From contig JBFMGK010000069.1 of NCBI GenBank assembly GCA_040752575.1, forward strand, positions 1 to 45,349: a stretch of DNA of 45,349 nucleotides, read 5' to 3'. Numbering within the stretch: the first letter of the stretch is position 1; each line of letters starts with the position of its first letter. The notes under the pieces were generated by a model, which worked only from the letters and a program-made list of their open reading frames with translations, was not told where the DNA came from and ran no database searches. The stretch comes from Candidatus Bipolaricaulota bacterium (lineage in GTDB: Bacteria > Bipolaricaulota > Bipolaricaulia > UBA7950 > UBA9294). This document shows positions 1 through 9,163 of the stretch, one piece after another. Position numbers and translations under genes: made by a program.

Positions 1-86
1 CCGATTTGGATCGGCGCACTCGCCGCTCCCAACGCCAGCCCGACAACGACCAAGACTCCCAATACGCCCGAAATCATGTTTCTCAC
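1..86 (-). CDS. N-terminus (runs off window) of a secreted protein, probably a LivJ/LivK-type amino-acid ABC substrate-binding protein
   Basis: SD GGAAGGGAG then GTG at 86 (alternative ATG at 77): MRNMISGVLGVLVVVGLALGAASAPIQIG. This is a signal peptide followed by PIQIG, resembling the PI(K/R)IG first strand of type I periplasmic binding proteins. Only 28 codons are visible. Confidence 0.55.
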   Translation of the reverse strand, partial: MRNMISGVLGVLVVVGLALGAASAPIQI

Positions 87-248
87 GCGAACTCCCTTCC
101 GTGTATCCTTCGGGCGGGCTCGCCGGGGCCCGCCGTGGGTGTATATCTCTTGCCCACGCTCGGCCGCCCGCACGGCGCAACGCATCGTCTGCGGGCGGCC
201 TCCTGCTTTGTCCATCGACCTCTTGGCCCCGTTCCTGCCACCTCCTCC

Positions 249-287
249 AAAAAAACGAGACGACCGCAGGAATTCCTGCAGCCGTCT
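249..287 (-). terminator. Intrinsic terminator (attenuator) in the 5' leader
   Basis: Minus strand AGACGGCTGCAGG-AATT-CCTGCGGTCGTCT (13-bp stem with 2 G.U pairs), then CG and T7. Confidence 0.85.
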
Positions 288-321
288 TCTCGGTCTCTCC
301 GTCGCCCGCTGTTCCTAGTTC

Positions 322-417
322 CTAGCGGGTCGCGGAGAAACCGCCGCGAAACCACCAATAGGCAAACGAGAACACGGCGCGCTGACTGCTCGTCGCTGTC
401 GTTCTCGTCGCGATCAT
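322..417 (-). CDS. Putative aromatic-amino-acid leader peptide (31 aa)
   Basis: MIATRTTATSSQRAVFSFAYWWFRGGFSATR*. Has tandem TGG TGG and 7 aromatic codons in 12. The ATG is 9 nt after a -10 box and the stop is ~35 nt before the terminator. Confidence 0.75.
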   Translation of the reverse strand: MIATRTTATSSQRAVFSFAYWWFRGGFSATR

Positions 418-426
418 GACCCGGCC

Positions 427-455
427 ACTATAGGCGCGCGCTCTCCGCTCGTCAA
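427..455 (-). promoter_or_regulatory. Sigma70-type promoter driving the leader and the downstream gene
   Basis: TTGACG (455-450), 17 bp, TATAGT (432-427). Confidence 0.75.
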
Positions 456-471
456 GGGGAGCCGGCGAACA

Positions 472-500
472 TTGACAAGAGAAGGGGGCTCGCCTATGAT
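472..500 (+). promoter_or_regulatory. Sigma70-type promoter of the hrcA operon
   Basis: TTGACA (472-477), 17 bp, TATGAT (495-500). Confidence 0.9.
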
Positions 501-526
501 TAGCAGACTTTGACCGTGAGTGCTAA
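500..526 (+). promoter_or_regulatory. CIRCE operator (HrcA binding site)
   Basis: TTAGCAGAC-N9-GAGTGCTAA versus consensus TTAGCACTC-N9-GAGTGCTAA (2 mismatches in the left arm). Covers the expected TSS directly upstream of hrcA. Confidence 0.92.
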
Positions 527-541
527 CGAAGGAAGGGGACG

Positions 542-1594
542 ATGCACCTGCCGGAGAGGCAACGCCTGATCCTCAAAGAGATCGTCGATCGCTACATCCG
601 CCTGCGTGAGCCGGTGTCGTCGCGGATGATCCTTGAGGACTATGGCCTCTCCGTGAGCTCGGCGACCGTTCGCAACGACATGAGCGACTTGGAGAAGCAC
701 GGGTACATCCACAAGCCCTACTCCTCGTCGGGCCGCGTGCCGACCCAGAAGGGATACCGTTTCTTCGTCGAGTGGCTGCTCGATCTCTCCCAGCTCGCGA
801 AGGCCGAGGGCGTCGAGATCGCGCAGGCCTACGAGGTCCGCACGCTGGACGTCGGCGAAGCGCCGCGGCACGCGGCGTTTCTCCTCGCCAACATGACGCG
901 CAACGCGGCCTTCGTCATCTCGCCGGATCTCGGCGACGCGCGTCTGGAACGCGTTCTCTTGGCGCGTCTCTCCGAACGCATGGCGTTCCTCGTGGTCGTC
1001 TCCGATATCGGAATCGTCGAACAAGGAGCGATTCCGCTCGACTCCACCGCCACCGAGGACGAGATCGAGCGCATGATGCGTCTGGTCAATCAGTCGCTCC
1101 GCGGGGCGACGCTCGCCGAGGTGCGCCGCCTTGCCGAGGACGAGACCGAGGGCTGGCACGAGCGCCCGGAAAGGCAGGCCATCCTCGCCGTCGCTCGGCT
1201 TCTCGAGGCCCGGATGGGACGCCGCCTGGTCATCGAAGGGCTCGTCCATCTCATCGACTCACTTCAGGTCGTCCCGCCGGGCGACGCTCTGCATCGCTTC
1301 GCCAGCCTGAACCGCACGCTGCGCGACGAAACCGGCTTCATCGCCGCTGTTGCGGCATCGCGGCAAGGGCGTCGCGGCATCGTCGTTCACGTCGGAGACT
1401 TCCCGCTCGACGGGCTCGAGGAGTGGAGCGTCGTGACGTGTGACTATCGGCCCTGCGGCGGGGTGCTCGGCGTGGTCGCCCCGGTCTGGATGGATTATGG
1501 CCGCGCGATGTCCGCGGTTTCCTACGTTGCCGCCCGCCTCGAAGCTTTGCTTCTCGGCGGGCGACCGCGTGACATCCGGAAAGGAAACGAATGA
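542..1594 (+). CDS. hrcA: Heat-inducible transcription repressor HrcA
   Basis: wHTH motif SSATVRNDMSDLE...SSGRVPTQKGYRFFV and C-terminal GVVAPVWMDY; preceded by CIRCE and followed by grpE-dnaK-dnaJ. Confidence 0.96.
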   Translation: MHLPERQRLILKEIVDRYIRLREPVSSRMILEDYGLSVSSATVRNDMSDLEKHGYIHKPYSSSGRVPTQKGYRFFVEWLLDLSQLAKAEGVEIAQAYEVRTLDVGEAPRHAAFLLANMTRNAAFVISPDLGDARLERVLLARLSERMAFLVVVSDIGIVEQGAIPLDSTATEDEIERMMRLVNQSLRGATLAEVRRLAEDETEGWHERPERQAILAVARLLEARMGRRLVIEGLVHLIDSLQVVPPGDALHRFASLNRTLRDETGFIAAVAASRQGRRGIVVHVGDFPLDGLEEWSVVTCDYRPCGGVLGVVAPVWMDYGRAMSAVSYVAARLEALLLGGRPRDIRKGNE

Positions 1595-2124
1595 CGCTGG
1601 AACGTGTCCCTCAGGAGGTCTCCCCCGAACTCGCGGCAGCGGCACCCGAGACGGCGCCCGATGCGCGCGACGCTGAGGTGAAGTCTCTCGTCGACCGTCT
1701 ACAGCGCCTCCAGGCGGAGTTCGAGAACTACCGGAAGCGTATGGCGCGCGACGTGGCCGTTCTGGTCGAGCGGGCGTCCGACGAGGAGATCGTCGAGTTC
1801 CTGCCGATCTACGAGCATCTCGGGCGCGCGCTCGCGGCGTTTGCCAGCGAGACGGATGTCGATGCGTTGACGGAAGGCGTGCGCCGCGTCGCCGCCCTGT
1901 TCGAGCAGTTGCTCGAACGCAGGGGAGTGCGGCGCATGGCCGCCGTGGGAGAACGATTCGACCCCGAACGGCACGAGGCCGTGCTCTCCGTGGCGAGCGA
2001 CCGAGAGAGCGGTGTCATCGTGGAAGAGATTGCGCCGGGTTACGCGCGCGGCGAGCGGATCCTCGTTCCCTGCCGCGTCGCAGTCAGTCGAGGCCCGGAC
2101 CCTGACAAGAAGGAGGAGACATGA
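1591..2124 (+). CDS. grpE: Nucleotide exchange factor GrpE
   Basis: [12 protein letters not shown] and [12 protein letters not shown] motifs; ATGA overlaps with both neighbours. Confidence 0.96.
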   Translation: MTLERVPQEVSPELAAAAPETAPDARDAEVKSLVDRLQRLQAEFENYRKRMARDVAVLVERASDEEIVEFLPIYEHLGRALAAFASETDVDALTEGVRRVAALFEQLLERRGVRRMAAVGERFDPERHEAVLSVASDRESGVIVEEIAPGYARGERILVPCRVAVSRGPDPDKKEET

Positions 2125-3971
2125 AAGAGAAGATCATCGGCATCGACCTCGGCACGACCAACTCGTGCGTTGCCGTGCTGGAGGGAGGTTCCCCCGAGAT
2201 TATCACGAACTCGGAGGGCGAGCGCATCACGCCCTCGGTCGTTGCATTCACCGACGGTGGCGAGCGCCTGGTTGGCCGCTTGGCGCGCCGACAGGCGATC
2301 ATGAACCCGGGCAACACGATCGCTTCGATCAAGCGCGAGATGGGCACGGATCACCGCGTGAAGATCCACGTCGATGGGAAGGTCACAGAGTACTCCCCGG
2401 AGCAGATCTCGGCAATGATCCTGCAGAAGCTCAAAGCCGACGCAGAAGCCCACCTGGGCGGCAAGGTCACGAAGGCGGTCATCACCGTTCCCGCATACTT
2501 CAACGACTCGCAGCGCCAGGCGACGAAAGATGCCGGAACGATTGCCGGTCTTGAGGTCATGCGCATCATCAATGAGCCCACTGCGGCGGCGCTTGCCTAC
2601 GGGCTCGACAAACAGCACGAGCAGACGATCCTCGTCTATGATCTAGGCGGTGGAACGTTCGATGTCTCGATCCTCGAGATCGGGGATGGGGTCTTCGACG
2701 TTCTCGCGGTCGACGGCGACACCCGGCTTGGCGGCGACGACTTCGATCAGCGGATCATCGAGTGGCTGCGCGACGAGTTCCGCAAGGACTCCGGGATCGA
2801 TCTCTCCAAGGACGCTAGCGCGATGCAGCGGCTGAAGGACGCGGCGGAGGCAGCGAAGAAGGAGCTGTCGAGCCGCATGGAGACGACGATCAACCTCCCC
2901 TATATCACGGCGGATGCCAGCGGCCCGAAGCATCTTGAGAAGAAGCTGTCCCGCGCTCGGTTCGAGTCCATGATCGAGGACTACCTCAAGCGCACGGTCG
3001 CCATCGTCGACGCGACGCTCAAGGAGTCCGGCAAGACGCCCGACCAGATTCACCAGGTCGTGCTGGTCGGCGGATCGACGCGCATTCCCAAGGTCCAGGA
3101 ACTCGTGGCATCGCGCATCCCCGGAAAGATCAACCGCGAGATCAACCCCGACGAGGTGGTTGCCGCAGGCGCTGCCATTCAGGGCGGCGTGCTCGCCGGC
3201 GAGGTCGACAAGATCGTCCTGTTGGACGTCACGCCGCTCACGCTGTCGATCGAGACGCTCGGCGGCGTCGCGACCCCGCTCATTGAGCGCAACACGACCA
3301 TTCCGACGGAGAAGTCGAAGACCTTCACCACGGCCGATGACAATCAGCCGGCCGTTGAGATTCACGTAGTGCAGGGCGAGCGGAAGATGGCCTCGGACAA
3401 CAAGTCGCTCGGCAAGTTCCAGCTCACCGGACTTCCTCCGGCACCGCGAGGCATCCCGCAGATTGACGTCACGTTCAACATCGACGCCGATGGAATTCTG
3501 CACGTGACCGCCAAGGACAAGGCCACGGAGAAGACTGCGTCGATCACGATCACCGACTCGTCCCGCCTGGATTCGGCGGAGATCGAGCGCATGCGCCGCG
3601 AGGCCGAGGCCCACGCCGACGAGGACCGCAAGAAGAGCGAGCAGATCGAGACGCGGAATCGGGCCGACCAGCTCGTATACTCCGTGGAGAAGGCCCTTGC
3701 CGACCTCGGCGAGAAGGTCGACGGCGCCAAACGGTCGGAGATCGAGGACCGCATCCGAACGTTGCGCGACAAGTTGAATCAGAACGCGTCGGGCGACGAA
3801 CTCCAACGCGCGATGGACGAACTCTCGAAGAGCGCGAACGACATCTTCGCCAAGGCGTACGAAGCGTCTCCCGGCAAAGCGGCCGAGGGTCCGGCGGCGC
3901 CGGGCGCAGACAGCAACGCGAAAGAGAAGGACGAGGGCGACTACATCGACGCAGAGTACGACAAGCCGTAG
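2121..3971 (+). CDS. dnaK: Chaperone DnaK (Hsp70)
   Basis: [29 protein letters not shown] and LVGGSTRIP signatures. Confidence 0.99.
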   Translation: MKEKIIGIDLGTTNSCVAVLEGGSPEIITNSEGERITPSVVAFTDGGERLVGRLARRQAIMNPGNTIASIKREMGTDHRVKIHVDGKVTEYSPEQISAMILQKLKADAEAHLGGKVTKAVITVPAYFNDSQRQATKDAGTIAGLEVMRIINEPTAAALAYGLDKQHEQTILVYDLGGGTFDVSILEIGDGVFDVLAVDGDTRLGGDDFDQRIIEWLRDEFRKDSGIDLSKDASAMQRLKDAAEAAKKELSSRMETTINLPYITADASGPKHLEKKLSRARFESMIEDYLKRTVAIVDATLKESGKTPDQIHQVVLVGGSTRIPKVQELVASRIPGKINREINPDEVVAAGAAIQGGVLAGEVDKIVLLDVTPLTLSIETLGGVATPLIERNTTIPTEKSKTFTTADDNQPAVEIHVVQGERKMASDNKSLGKFQLTGLPPAPRGIPQIDVTFNIDADGILHVTAKDKATEKTASITITDSSRLDSAEIERMRREAEAHADEDRKKSEQIETRNRADQLVYSVEKALADLGEKVDGAKRSEIEDRIRTLRDKLNQNASGDELQRAMDELSKSANDIFAKAYEASPGKAAEGPAAPGADSNAKEKDEGDYIDAEYDKP

Positions 3972-4000
3972 GGATCTAGGGGCGCGGCCGGGAGGGCGGC

Positions 4001-5110
4001 GTGGCGAAGAGAGACTACTACGAGGTTCTCGGGCTGGCTCGCGACGCGAGCGAGGCGGACGTCAAGAAGGCATACCGCCAGAAAGCGAAAGAGCTTCATC
4101 CCGACCGCAACCCCGCAGACCGCAAGCGGGCCGAGGAGGACTTCAAGCGCGTCGCGGAAGCCTACGAGATCCTCTCCGATCCGCAGAAACGGGCGCAGTA
4201 CGATCGCTTCGGCCACGCCGGCCCGGACCAGGGCTTCACGTTCGGCGATACCGACCTGCGGCGGGCCCGCGACGCCTACCGCGAGTTCGGCTTCGGCGGC
4301 TTCGACAGCCTCTTCGACATGTTCTTCCGTCAGGGCGCTCCCGACCGCGGCGGACCCCGCAGCCGCGCTGCGGCCGGCGAGTCGATCGAGTACCGGCTGC
4401 GAATCACGCTCGAGGACGCGGCCCACGGCACGAAGATGATGCTGACCGTGCCGCGCCTCGTCGCCTGCGAGACGTGCTCCGGCACCGGGATGGAACCGGG
4501 AACGGCGCGCCGCACCTGCGCAACGTGCAAGGGCCGCGGCCACATCGAGCACCGCCAGCAGAGCTTCCTCGGCTCGTTTGTCAACGTGCAGACGTGCCCG
4601 GAGTGCGGCGGACTCGGAGAGATCATCGAGAAACCATGCCCTCGTTGTCGCGGAGCAGGGCGCGTCAAAGAGAAGAGCCGCATCTCGATCGCCGTGCCTG
4701 CCGGGGTCGACAGCGGCTCGCGTCTCCGCTTGCGCGGCCAAGGCAATGCCGGCCTCGAGGGCGGCCCCAGCGGCGACCTGTTCATCGTGCTTGAGGTCGC
4801 TCCGCACCCCGAGTTCCGACGCGAGGGACGCGATGTCTTCTCGAGATTCGTCGCGTCGTTCTCTCAGGCTGCCCTCGGCGCCAAGGTAAAGGTGGCGACG
4901 TTGTGGGGCGAGGAACCGCTCTCGATCCCGGCGGGCACGCAGCCCGGCGCGGTGATCCGCCTTCGCGGCAAGGGCATGCCCGCGATCCACGACCGCGACG
5001 GTCGCGGCGACCACCTGGTCGAGGTCACCGTCGCCGTGCCGACGAAGCTCTCGGCACGTCAGAAGCAGGCGATCGAAGATCTGAGCCGCTCTTTGGAAGG
5101 AACGCGCTAG
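4001..5110 (+). CDS. dnaJ: Chaperone DnaJ
   Basis: J-domain with HPD, G/F region and four CxxCxGxG repeats; GTG start after GGGAGG. Confidence 0.98.
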   Translation: MAKRDYYEVLGLARDASEADVKKAYRQKAKELHPDRNPADRKRAEEDFKRVAEAYEILSDPQKRAQYDRFGHAGPDQGFTFGDTDLRRARDAYREFGFGGFDSLFDMFFRQGAPDRGGPRSRAAAGESIEYRLRITLEDAAHGTKMMLTVPRLVACETCSGTGMEPGTARRTCATCKGRGHIEHRQQSFLGSFVNVQTCPECGGLGEIIEKPCPRCRGAGRVKEKSRISIAVPAGVDSGSRLRLRGQGNAGLEGGPSGDLFIVLEVAPHPEFRREGRDVFSRFVASFSQAALGAKVKVATLWGEEPLSIPAGTQPGAVIRLRGKGMPAIHDRDGRGDHLVEVTVAVPTKLSARQKQAIEDLSRSLEGTR

Positions 5111-5700
5111 CTGGAGCGCACGGCATCCGCCAGCGCGCCGCGCAGCGCGGCGATCGCCTTTCTGCGATGGCTGATCGCGTTCTTCTCGCCGTCCGACATC
5201 TCGGCGAGCGTTCGCGTCCACCCCGTGGGGATGAAGACGGGGTCGTACCCGAAGCCGCCGCAACCTCGCGGCTGCGAGGCAATCGTTCCTTCCAGGGTGC
5301 CGACGGCAACCATCGAAGAGCCATCGGGACGGCAAAACGCCGCCGCGGCGACAAAGCGGGCCGAGCGGTTCGTCACGCCGCGCAGGGCGTCGAGCAGCTT
5401 GGCGTTGTTGCGGGCGATGTCGACGGGCTCGCCGGAGTAACGCGCCGAACGCACGCCCGGCGCTCCTCGAAGCGCCTCGACTTCAAGGCCCGCATCTTCG
5501 GCAAGCACGGGAAGTCCTAGCTCACGGGCGATGGAGGTGCCTTTGAGGAGGGCGTTCTCGACGAACGTCTCGCCCGTCTCGTTCACGTCGCCGAAGGGAC
5601 AGACGTCGACTGTGAGCAGGTGAAGCCCGGGAAGATCAGAGAGGAGGGCGCGAAGCTCGCGGATCTTCCCCGCGTTCTTCGTGCCGAGGACGAGGTCCAC
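5107..5700 (-). CDS. rdgB: Non-canonical purine NTP pyrophosphatase (RdgB/HAM1)
   Basis: TKNAGK, ETGETFVENALLK, GAPGVRSAR, FGYDP and KNAISHR motifs. Confidence 0.95.
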   Translation of the reverse strand: MDLVLGTKNAGKIRELRALLSDLPGLHLLTVDVCPFGDVNETGETFVENALLKGTSIARELGLPVLAEDAGLEVEALRGAPGVRSARYSGEPVDIARNNAKLLDALRGVTNRSARFVAAAAFCRPDGSSMVAVGTLEGTIASQPRGCGGFGYDPVFIPTGWTRTLAEMSDGEKNAISHRRKAIAALRGALADAVRSS

Positions 5701-5716
5701 GCCAGCGCCGCAGCGC

Positions 5717-5947
5717 CTAGAGAATCGACAGCAGGAATCCCAGCGTCATGAAAACGGTGGACAGAGTGACTGTCAGCGTGCGCTTGGGATCCCTCGCTTC
5801 GTCTCGGCCGAACACCGTGCTGGACATGCCCGCTCCGAAGGCTCCGCCGAGCCCCGAGTGCTCGCTCATCTGGAGGAGCACGATCCCCATGAGCGCAAAG
5901 CAATCCAGAAAGAACACGACTTGGAGTATGAGTTTCAGTACAGCCAT
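5717..5947 (-). CDS. secG: Preprotein translocase subunit SecG
   Basis: 76 aa with two TM segments around VLLQ...GLGGAFGAG..STVFG. Confidence 0.88.
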   Translation of the reverse strand: MAVLKLILQVVFFLDCFALMGIVLLQMSEHSGLGGAFGAGMSSTVFGRDEARDPKRTLTVTLSTVFMTLGFLLSIL

Positions 5948-5997
5948 CGTCGATCGACCCCTTCGCGTCGCCCCGTCCCGTGGAGCCCTCGCGGGGC

Positions 5998-6067
5998 ATT
6001 GTAGCCCGAAGGAGGACCCCGCTCAACGGGAAGGCACGTTGCACCGTTCGCCGGTCTCGCCTATGCT
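5998..6067. promoter_or_regulatory. Divergent sigma70 promoters for secG-rdgB (-) and pyrG (+)
   Basis: Minus: TTGAGC (6026-6021), 17 bp, TACAAT (6003-5998). Plus: TTGCAC (6039-6044), 17 bp, TATGCT (6062-6067). Confidence 0.65.
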
Positions 6068-6097
6068 CTCGCTACGTCCTCAAGGAGTGGATCTTCG

Positions 6098-7720
6098 TTG
6101 CAGAAGTTCATCTTCGTGACCGGCGGCGTGATCTCCGGACTGGGGAAGGGCGTCGTCGCCGCATCGATCGGCCGGTTGCTCAAGAGCCAAGGCTACCGAG
6201 TCAGCCTGCAGAAGATCGACCCTTACGTCAACGTCGACGCCGGCACGATGAATCCCTACGAGCACGGCGAGGTCTTCGTCACCCACGACGGGAAGGAGAC
6301 CGACCTCGACATCGGGCGCTACGAGAGGTTTCTCGGTGAGCGGCTGTCCGCCTCGCACTACATGACGACCGGACAGGTTTACTGGAACGTCATCCGCAAA
6401 GAGCGCGTCGGCGACTACCTCGGCAAGACGGTCCAGGTCATTCCGCACATTACCGACGAGATTCAACGCCTGATCCGCCTTCCGCTCGAGGAATCCGGCG
6501 CCGAGATCGGCGTCGTTGAGATCGGCGGCACGGTGGGCGACATCGAGAGCCAGCCGTTTCTCGAGGCGGTTCGACAGATGAAGGACGGGTTGCCAGCGGA
6601 AGACACGTTCTTCGTTCACCTCACGCTGTTGCCGCACTTGTCGACGTCCGATGAACTCAAGACGAAGCCGACGCAGCACAGCGTGAAGGAGCTGCGAGCG
6701 ATCGGCATTCAGCCCGACGCCATCGTCGCGCGCACCGAGCGGCCGCTCCCTCCGTCGGTCAAGGCCAAGATCGCCCTGTTCTGCGACGTCCCTCAGGATC
6801 ACGTGATCGAGGATCCTGACCTGCCGTCGAGCTACCACGCACCGGCGCGCCTCCACGAGAACGGTTTGACGCGCTGCATCGAGCGCGGGTTGGGCCTCTC
6901 GCATCGAGAGGTCGACCTCGGACCGTGGCTCGAGCGGCTTCAGAGACTGGAGAACCCCAAACACCGCGTCCGAGTCGGCATCGTCGGCAAGTACGTCGAG
7001 CTACGCGACGCCTACATCAGCATCTGCGAGTCGCTCGTTCACGCCGGAGCCAGCGAGGAGGTCGACGTCCAACTGGTCTGGATCTCGGCCGAGGACGTGG
7101 CGCGCGACGGCGCCGCGCGCTGGCTCGAGGGCATCGACGGGCTTCTCGTGCCCGGCGGGTTCGGCGACCGAGGCATGGAGGGCAAGATTCAAGCCGTGCA
7201 CTACGCGCGCACGCGGCACGTCCCGTACTTCGGGCTGTGCGTCGGCCTTCAGTGCGCGGTCATCGAGTTTGCACGGAACGTCCTCGGACTGGCCGGGGCG
7301 AACAGCCAGGAGTTCGACGCGGCGACCCCGCACCCAGTCATCGCGCTGCTCGAGGACCAGGAGGGCGTCGTCCGCAAGGGGGCGACCATGCGGCTCGGCG
7401 CGTATCCGGCGCAGATTGCGCCCGGAACGATCAGCGCCGCGAGCTATGGCGCTGAGACCGTCGAGGAACGACACCGCCATCGCTATGAGCTGCACCCCGG
7501 GTATCGCGACGCGTTCGATAGGGCGGGCCTCTGCGTTGCCGCGACGTCGCCGGATGGTCATCTCGTCGAGATCATCGAGATCCGTGACCACCCGTGGTTC
7601 GTCGGCGTCCAGTTTCACCCGGAGTTCTCGTCGCAATTCCTCTCACCTCACCCTCTGTTCGCGAGTTTCCTGCGCTCATGTCACGATCACACGCTGCGAT
7701 CGCCGCGCTCGTCGTCCTAG
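6098..7720 (+). CDS. pyrG: CTP synthase
   Basis: KFIFVTGGVISGLGKG, GGTVGDIES, KTKPTQHSV, GLCVGLQ and QFHPEF; TTG start after AAGGAG. Confidence 0.98.
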   Translation: MQKFIFVTGGVISGLGKGVVAASIGRLLKSQGYRVSLQKIDPYVNVDAGTMNPYEHGEVFVTHDGKETDLDIGRYERFLGERLSASHYMTTGQVYWNVIRKERVGDYLGKTVQVIPHITDEIQRLIRLPLEESGAEIGVVEIGGTVGDIESQPFLEAVRQMKDGLPAEDTFFVHLTLLPHLSTSDELKTKPTQHSVKELRAIGIQPDAIVARTERPLPPSVKAKIALFCDVPQDHVIEDPDLPSSYHAPARLHENGLTRCIERGLGLSHREVDLGPWLERLQRLENPKHRVRVGIVGKYVELRDAYISICESLVHAGASEEVDVQLVWISAEDVARDGAARWLEGIDGLLVPGGFGDRGMEGKIQAVHYARTRHVPYFGLCVGLQCAVIEFARNVLGLAGANSQEFDAATPHPVIALLEDQEGVVRKGATMRLGAYPAQIAPGTISAASYGAETVEERHRHRYELHPGYRDAFDRAGLCVAATSPDGHLVEIIEIRDHPWFVGVQFHPEFSSQFLSPHPLFASFLRSCHDHTLRSPRSSS

Positions 7721-8466
7721 CTGCCGTGGTGGCGCTTGTGTTTCGCCTCGCCCCGCCGCTCACCTCGGGTGATCGACAACCCAGCACCGCGGCGGGGCTG
7801 AAGCTCCGTGGATACGACGACCAAGGAAACGTGTCGTGGGAGGCCGCTGCGGAGCGCGGCGAACTTGTCTCCGAGACAGGCGAGTTGGCTCCCGCAGAAC
7901 TCACGTTCTTCTCGGACGATGCACCGTGGCTCACCGTACGTGCCGAACGGCTGGAGCGGACGGAAACGGGAGGTACGCTCGATGGGGTGTCGCTCTTGCA
8001 CGACGTGGGTTTCGAAATCGTCACGGACCGGATGACGTGGCGCGAAAGCGCCGGCCGCCTCGAGGCGGGCCGCGCCGAGATCCGCTCGGGCGACGACGGC
8101 TTGGTCTGCGAGTCGCTAGCGATCGACACAAAGGCCGAACGTGCAACTCTCTCGGCCGTCACGGCGAAGCTCGCGCGTGGCGAGGTGTTCGATGTCACCG
8201 CGACGGCCGGCGAGGTCACGGGCGAGCGGGTCACCCTCTTCGGCGGCGTCGGACTTCAAGGCGCGGCCGCTCGGGCGTCGGCGTCGTCGCTCGAGACAAA
8301 GGCCGGTGGCAGCGAGGCCCGGCTCTCCGGCGAGGTGTCCGCGGAGGCCGAGGGGTGGAGACTCGAGGCGAGCGAGCTCGCCGTCGCCGAGAAGGGCTGG
8401 ACGGCCCGGGGCGCCGTTCGGGTCGAGGTCGACCTCGCGTCACTCGGAGGTGAAGATGGCCCTTGA
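7678..8466 (+). CDS. LptC/LptA-like beta-jellyroll envelope protein with N-terminal TM anchor
   Basis: Likely start MSRSHAAIAALVVLAAVVALVF. Contains GYDDQGNVSWEAAAERG and IVTDRMTWRESAG, which resemble LptC, and lies directly upstream of lptB. Confidence 0.65.
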   Translation: MSRSHAAIAALVVLAAVVALVFRLAPPLTSGDRQPSTAAGLKLRGYDDQGNVSWEAAAERGELVSETGELAPAELTFFSDDAPWLTVRAERLERTETGGTLDGVSLLHDVGFEIVTDRMTWRESAGRLEAGRAEIRSGDDGLVCESLAIDTKAERATLSAVTAKLARGEVFDVTATAGEVTGERVTLFGGVGLQGAAARASASSLETKAGGSEARLSGEVSAEAEGWRLEASELAVAEKGWTARGAVRVEVDLASLGGEDGP

Positions 8467-9163
8467 AGCCCATGGGCTCGTCAAGACGTACGGCAAGCGC
8501 GCGGTGGTCGACGGACTCGACGTCGCCGTTTCCCCGGGACAGGTGGTCGGGCTCCTGGGCCCCAACGGAGCCGGGAAGACGACGACGTTCAATCTGATCA
8601 TGGGGTTCACCGCCGCCGATGCCGGCCGCGTTGTGCTCGACGGCACCGACATCTCGGGCCTGCCGTTCTACCGTCGAGCCCGCCTGGGAATCGGCTACCT
8701 ACCCCAGGAACCGTCCGTGTTCACCAAGACCAGCGTTCGAGACAACGTCCTCATGGCGCTCGACGCGGCACGGGCTCCCCAGATCAGCGATGACGAGTTG
8801 CTGGGCGAGTTCAGCCTTCAAGGCCTCGCCGACCGCTCGGCCGGATCGCTCTCGTCCGGCGAACGTCGCCGCCTTGAGATCGCGCGGTCGCTCGCCCTGT
8901 CCCCGCGATACGTACTGCTGGACGAGCCCTTCTCGGGCATCGATCCCATCTCGATCGCGGATCTCCAGAGCCAGGTCCGCCGCCTGACCGCGCGGGGCAT
9001 CGGGATCATCGTGACCGATCACAACGTGCGGGACACTCTGTCGATCACCGACTTTGCGTACCTCATCCACGAGGGACGTCTCGTGACCGCCGGAACCCCG
9101 GACGAGATCCTCACCGACCCGACAGCGCGGCGGGTCTACCTCGGCGAAGGATTCCGGACGTAG
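8456..9163 (+). CDS. lptB: LPS-export-type ABC transporter ATPase LptB
   Basis: GLLGPNGAGKTT, GYLPQEPSVF, LLDEPFSGIDP, TDHNVRDTL and VYLGEGF; start MALEAH at 8456 after GGAGG. Confidence 0.93.
   Translation: MALEAHGLVKTYGKRAVVDGLDVAVSPGQVVGLLGPNGAGKTTTFNLIMGFTAADAGRVVLDGTDISGLPFYRRARLGIGYLPQEPSVFTKTSVRDNVLMALDAARAPQISDDELLGEFSLQGLADRSAGSLSSGERRRLEIARSLALSPRYVLLDEPFSGIDPISIADLQSQVRRLTARGIGIIVTDHNVRDTLSITDFAYLIHEGRLVTAGTPDEILTDPTARRVYLGEGFRT

Noticed and set aside
500..7636. Long antisense ORFs over hrcA, dnaK, dnaJ and pyrG (e.g. 2643-3806, 3941-5335, 6080-6964)
   Set aside because: Shadow frames of well-conserved high-GC genes, with no motifs of their own.
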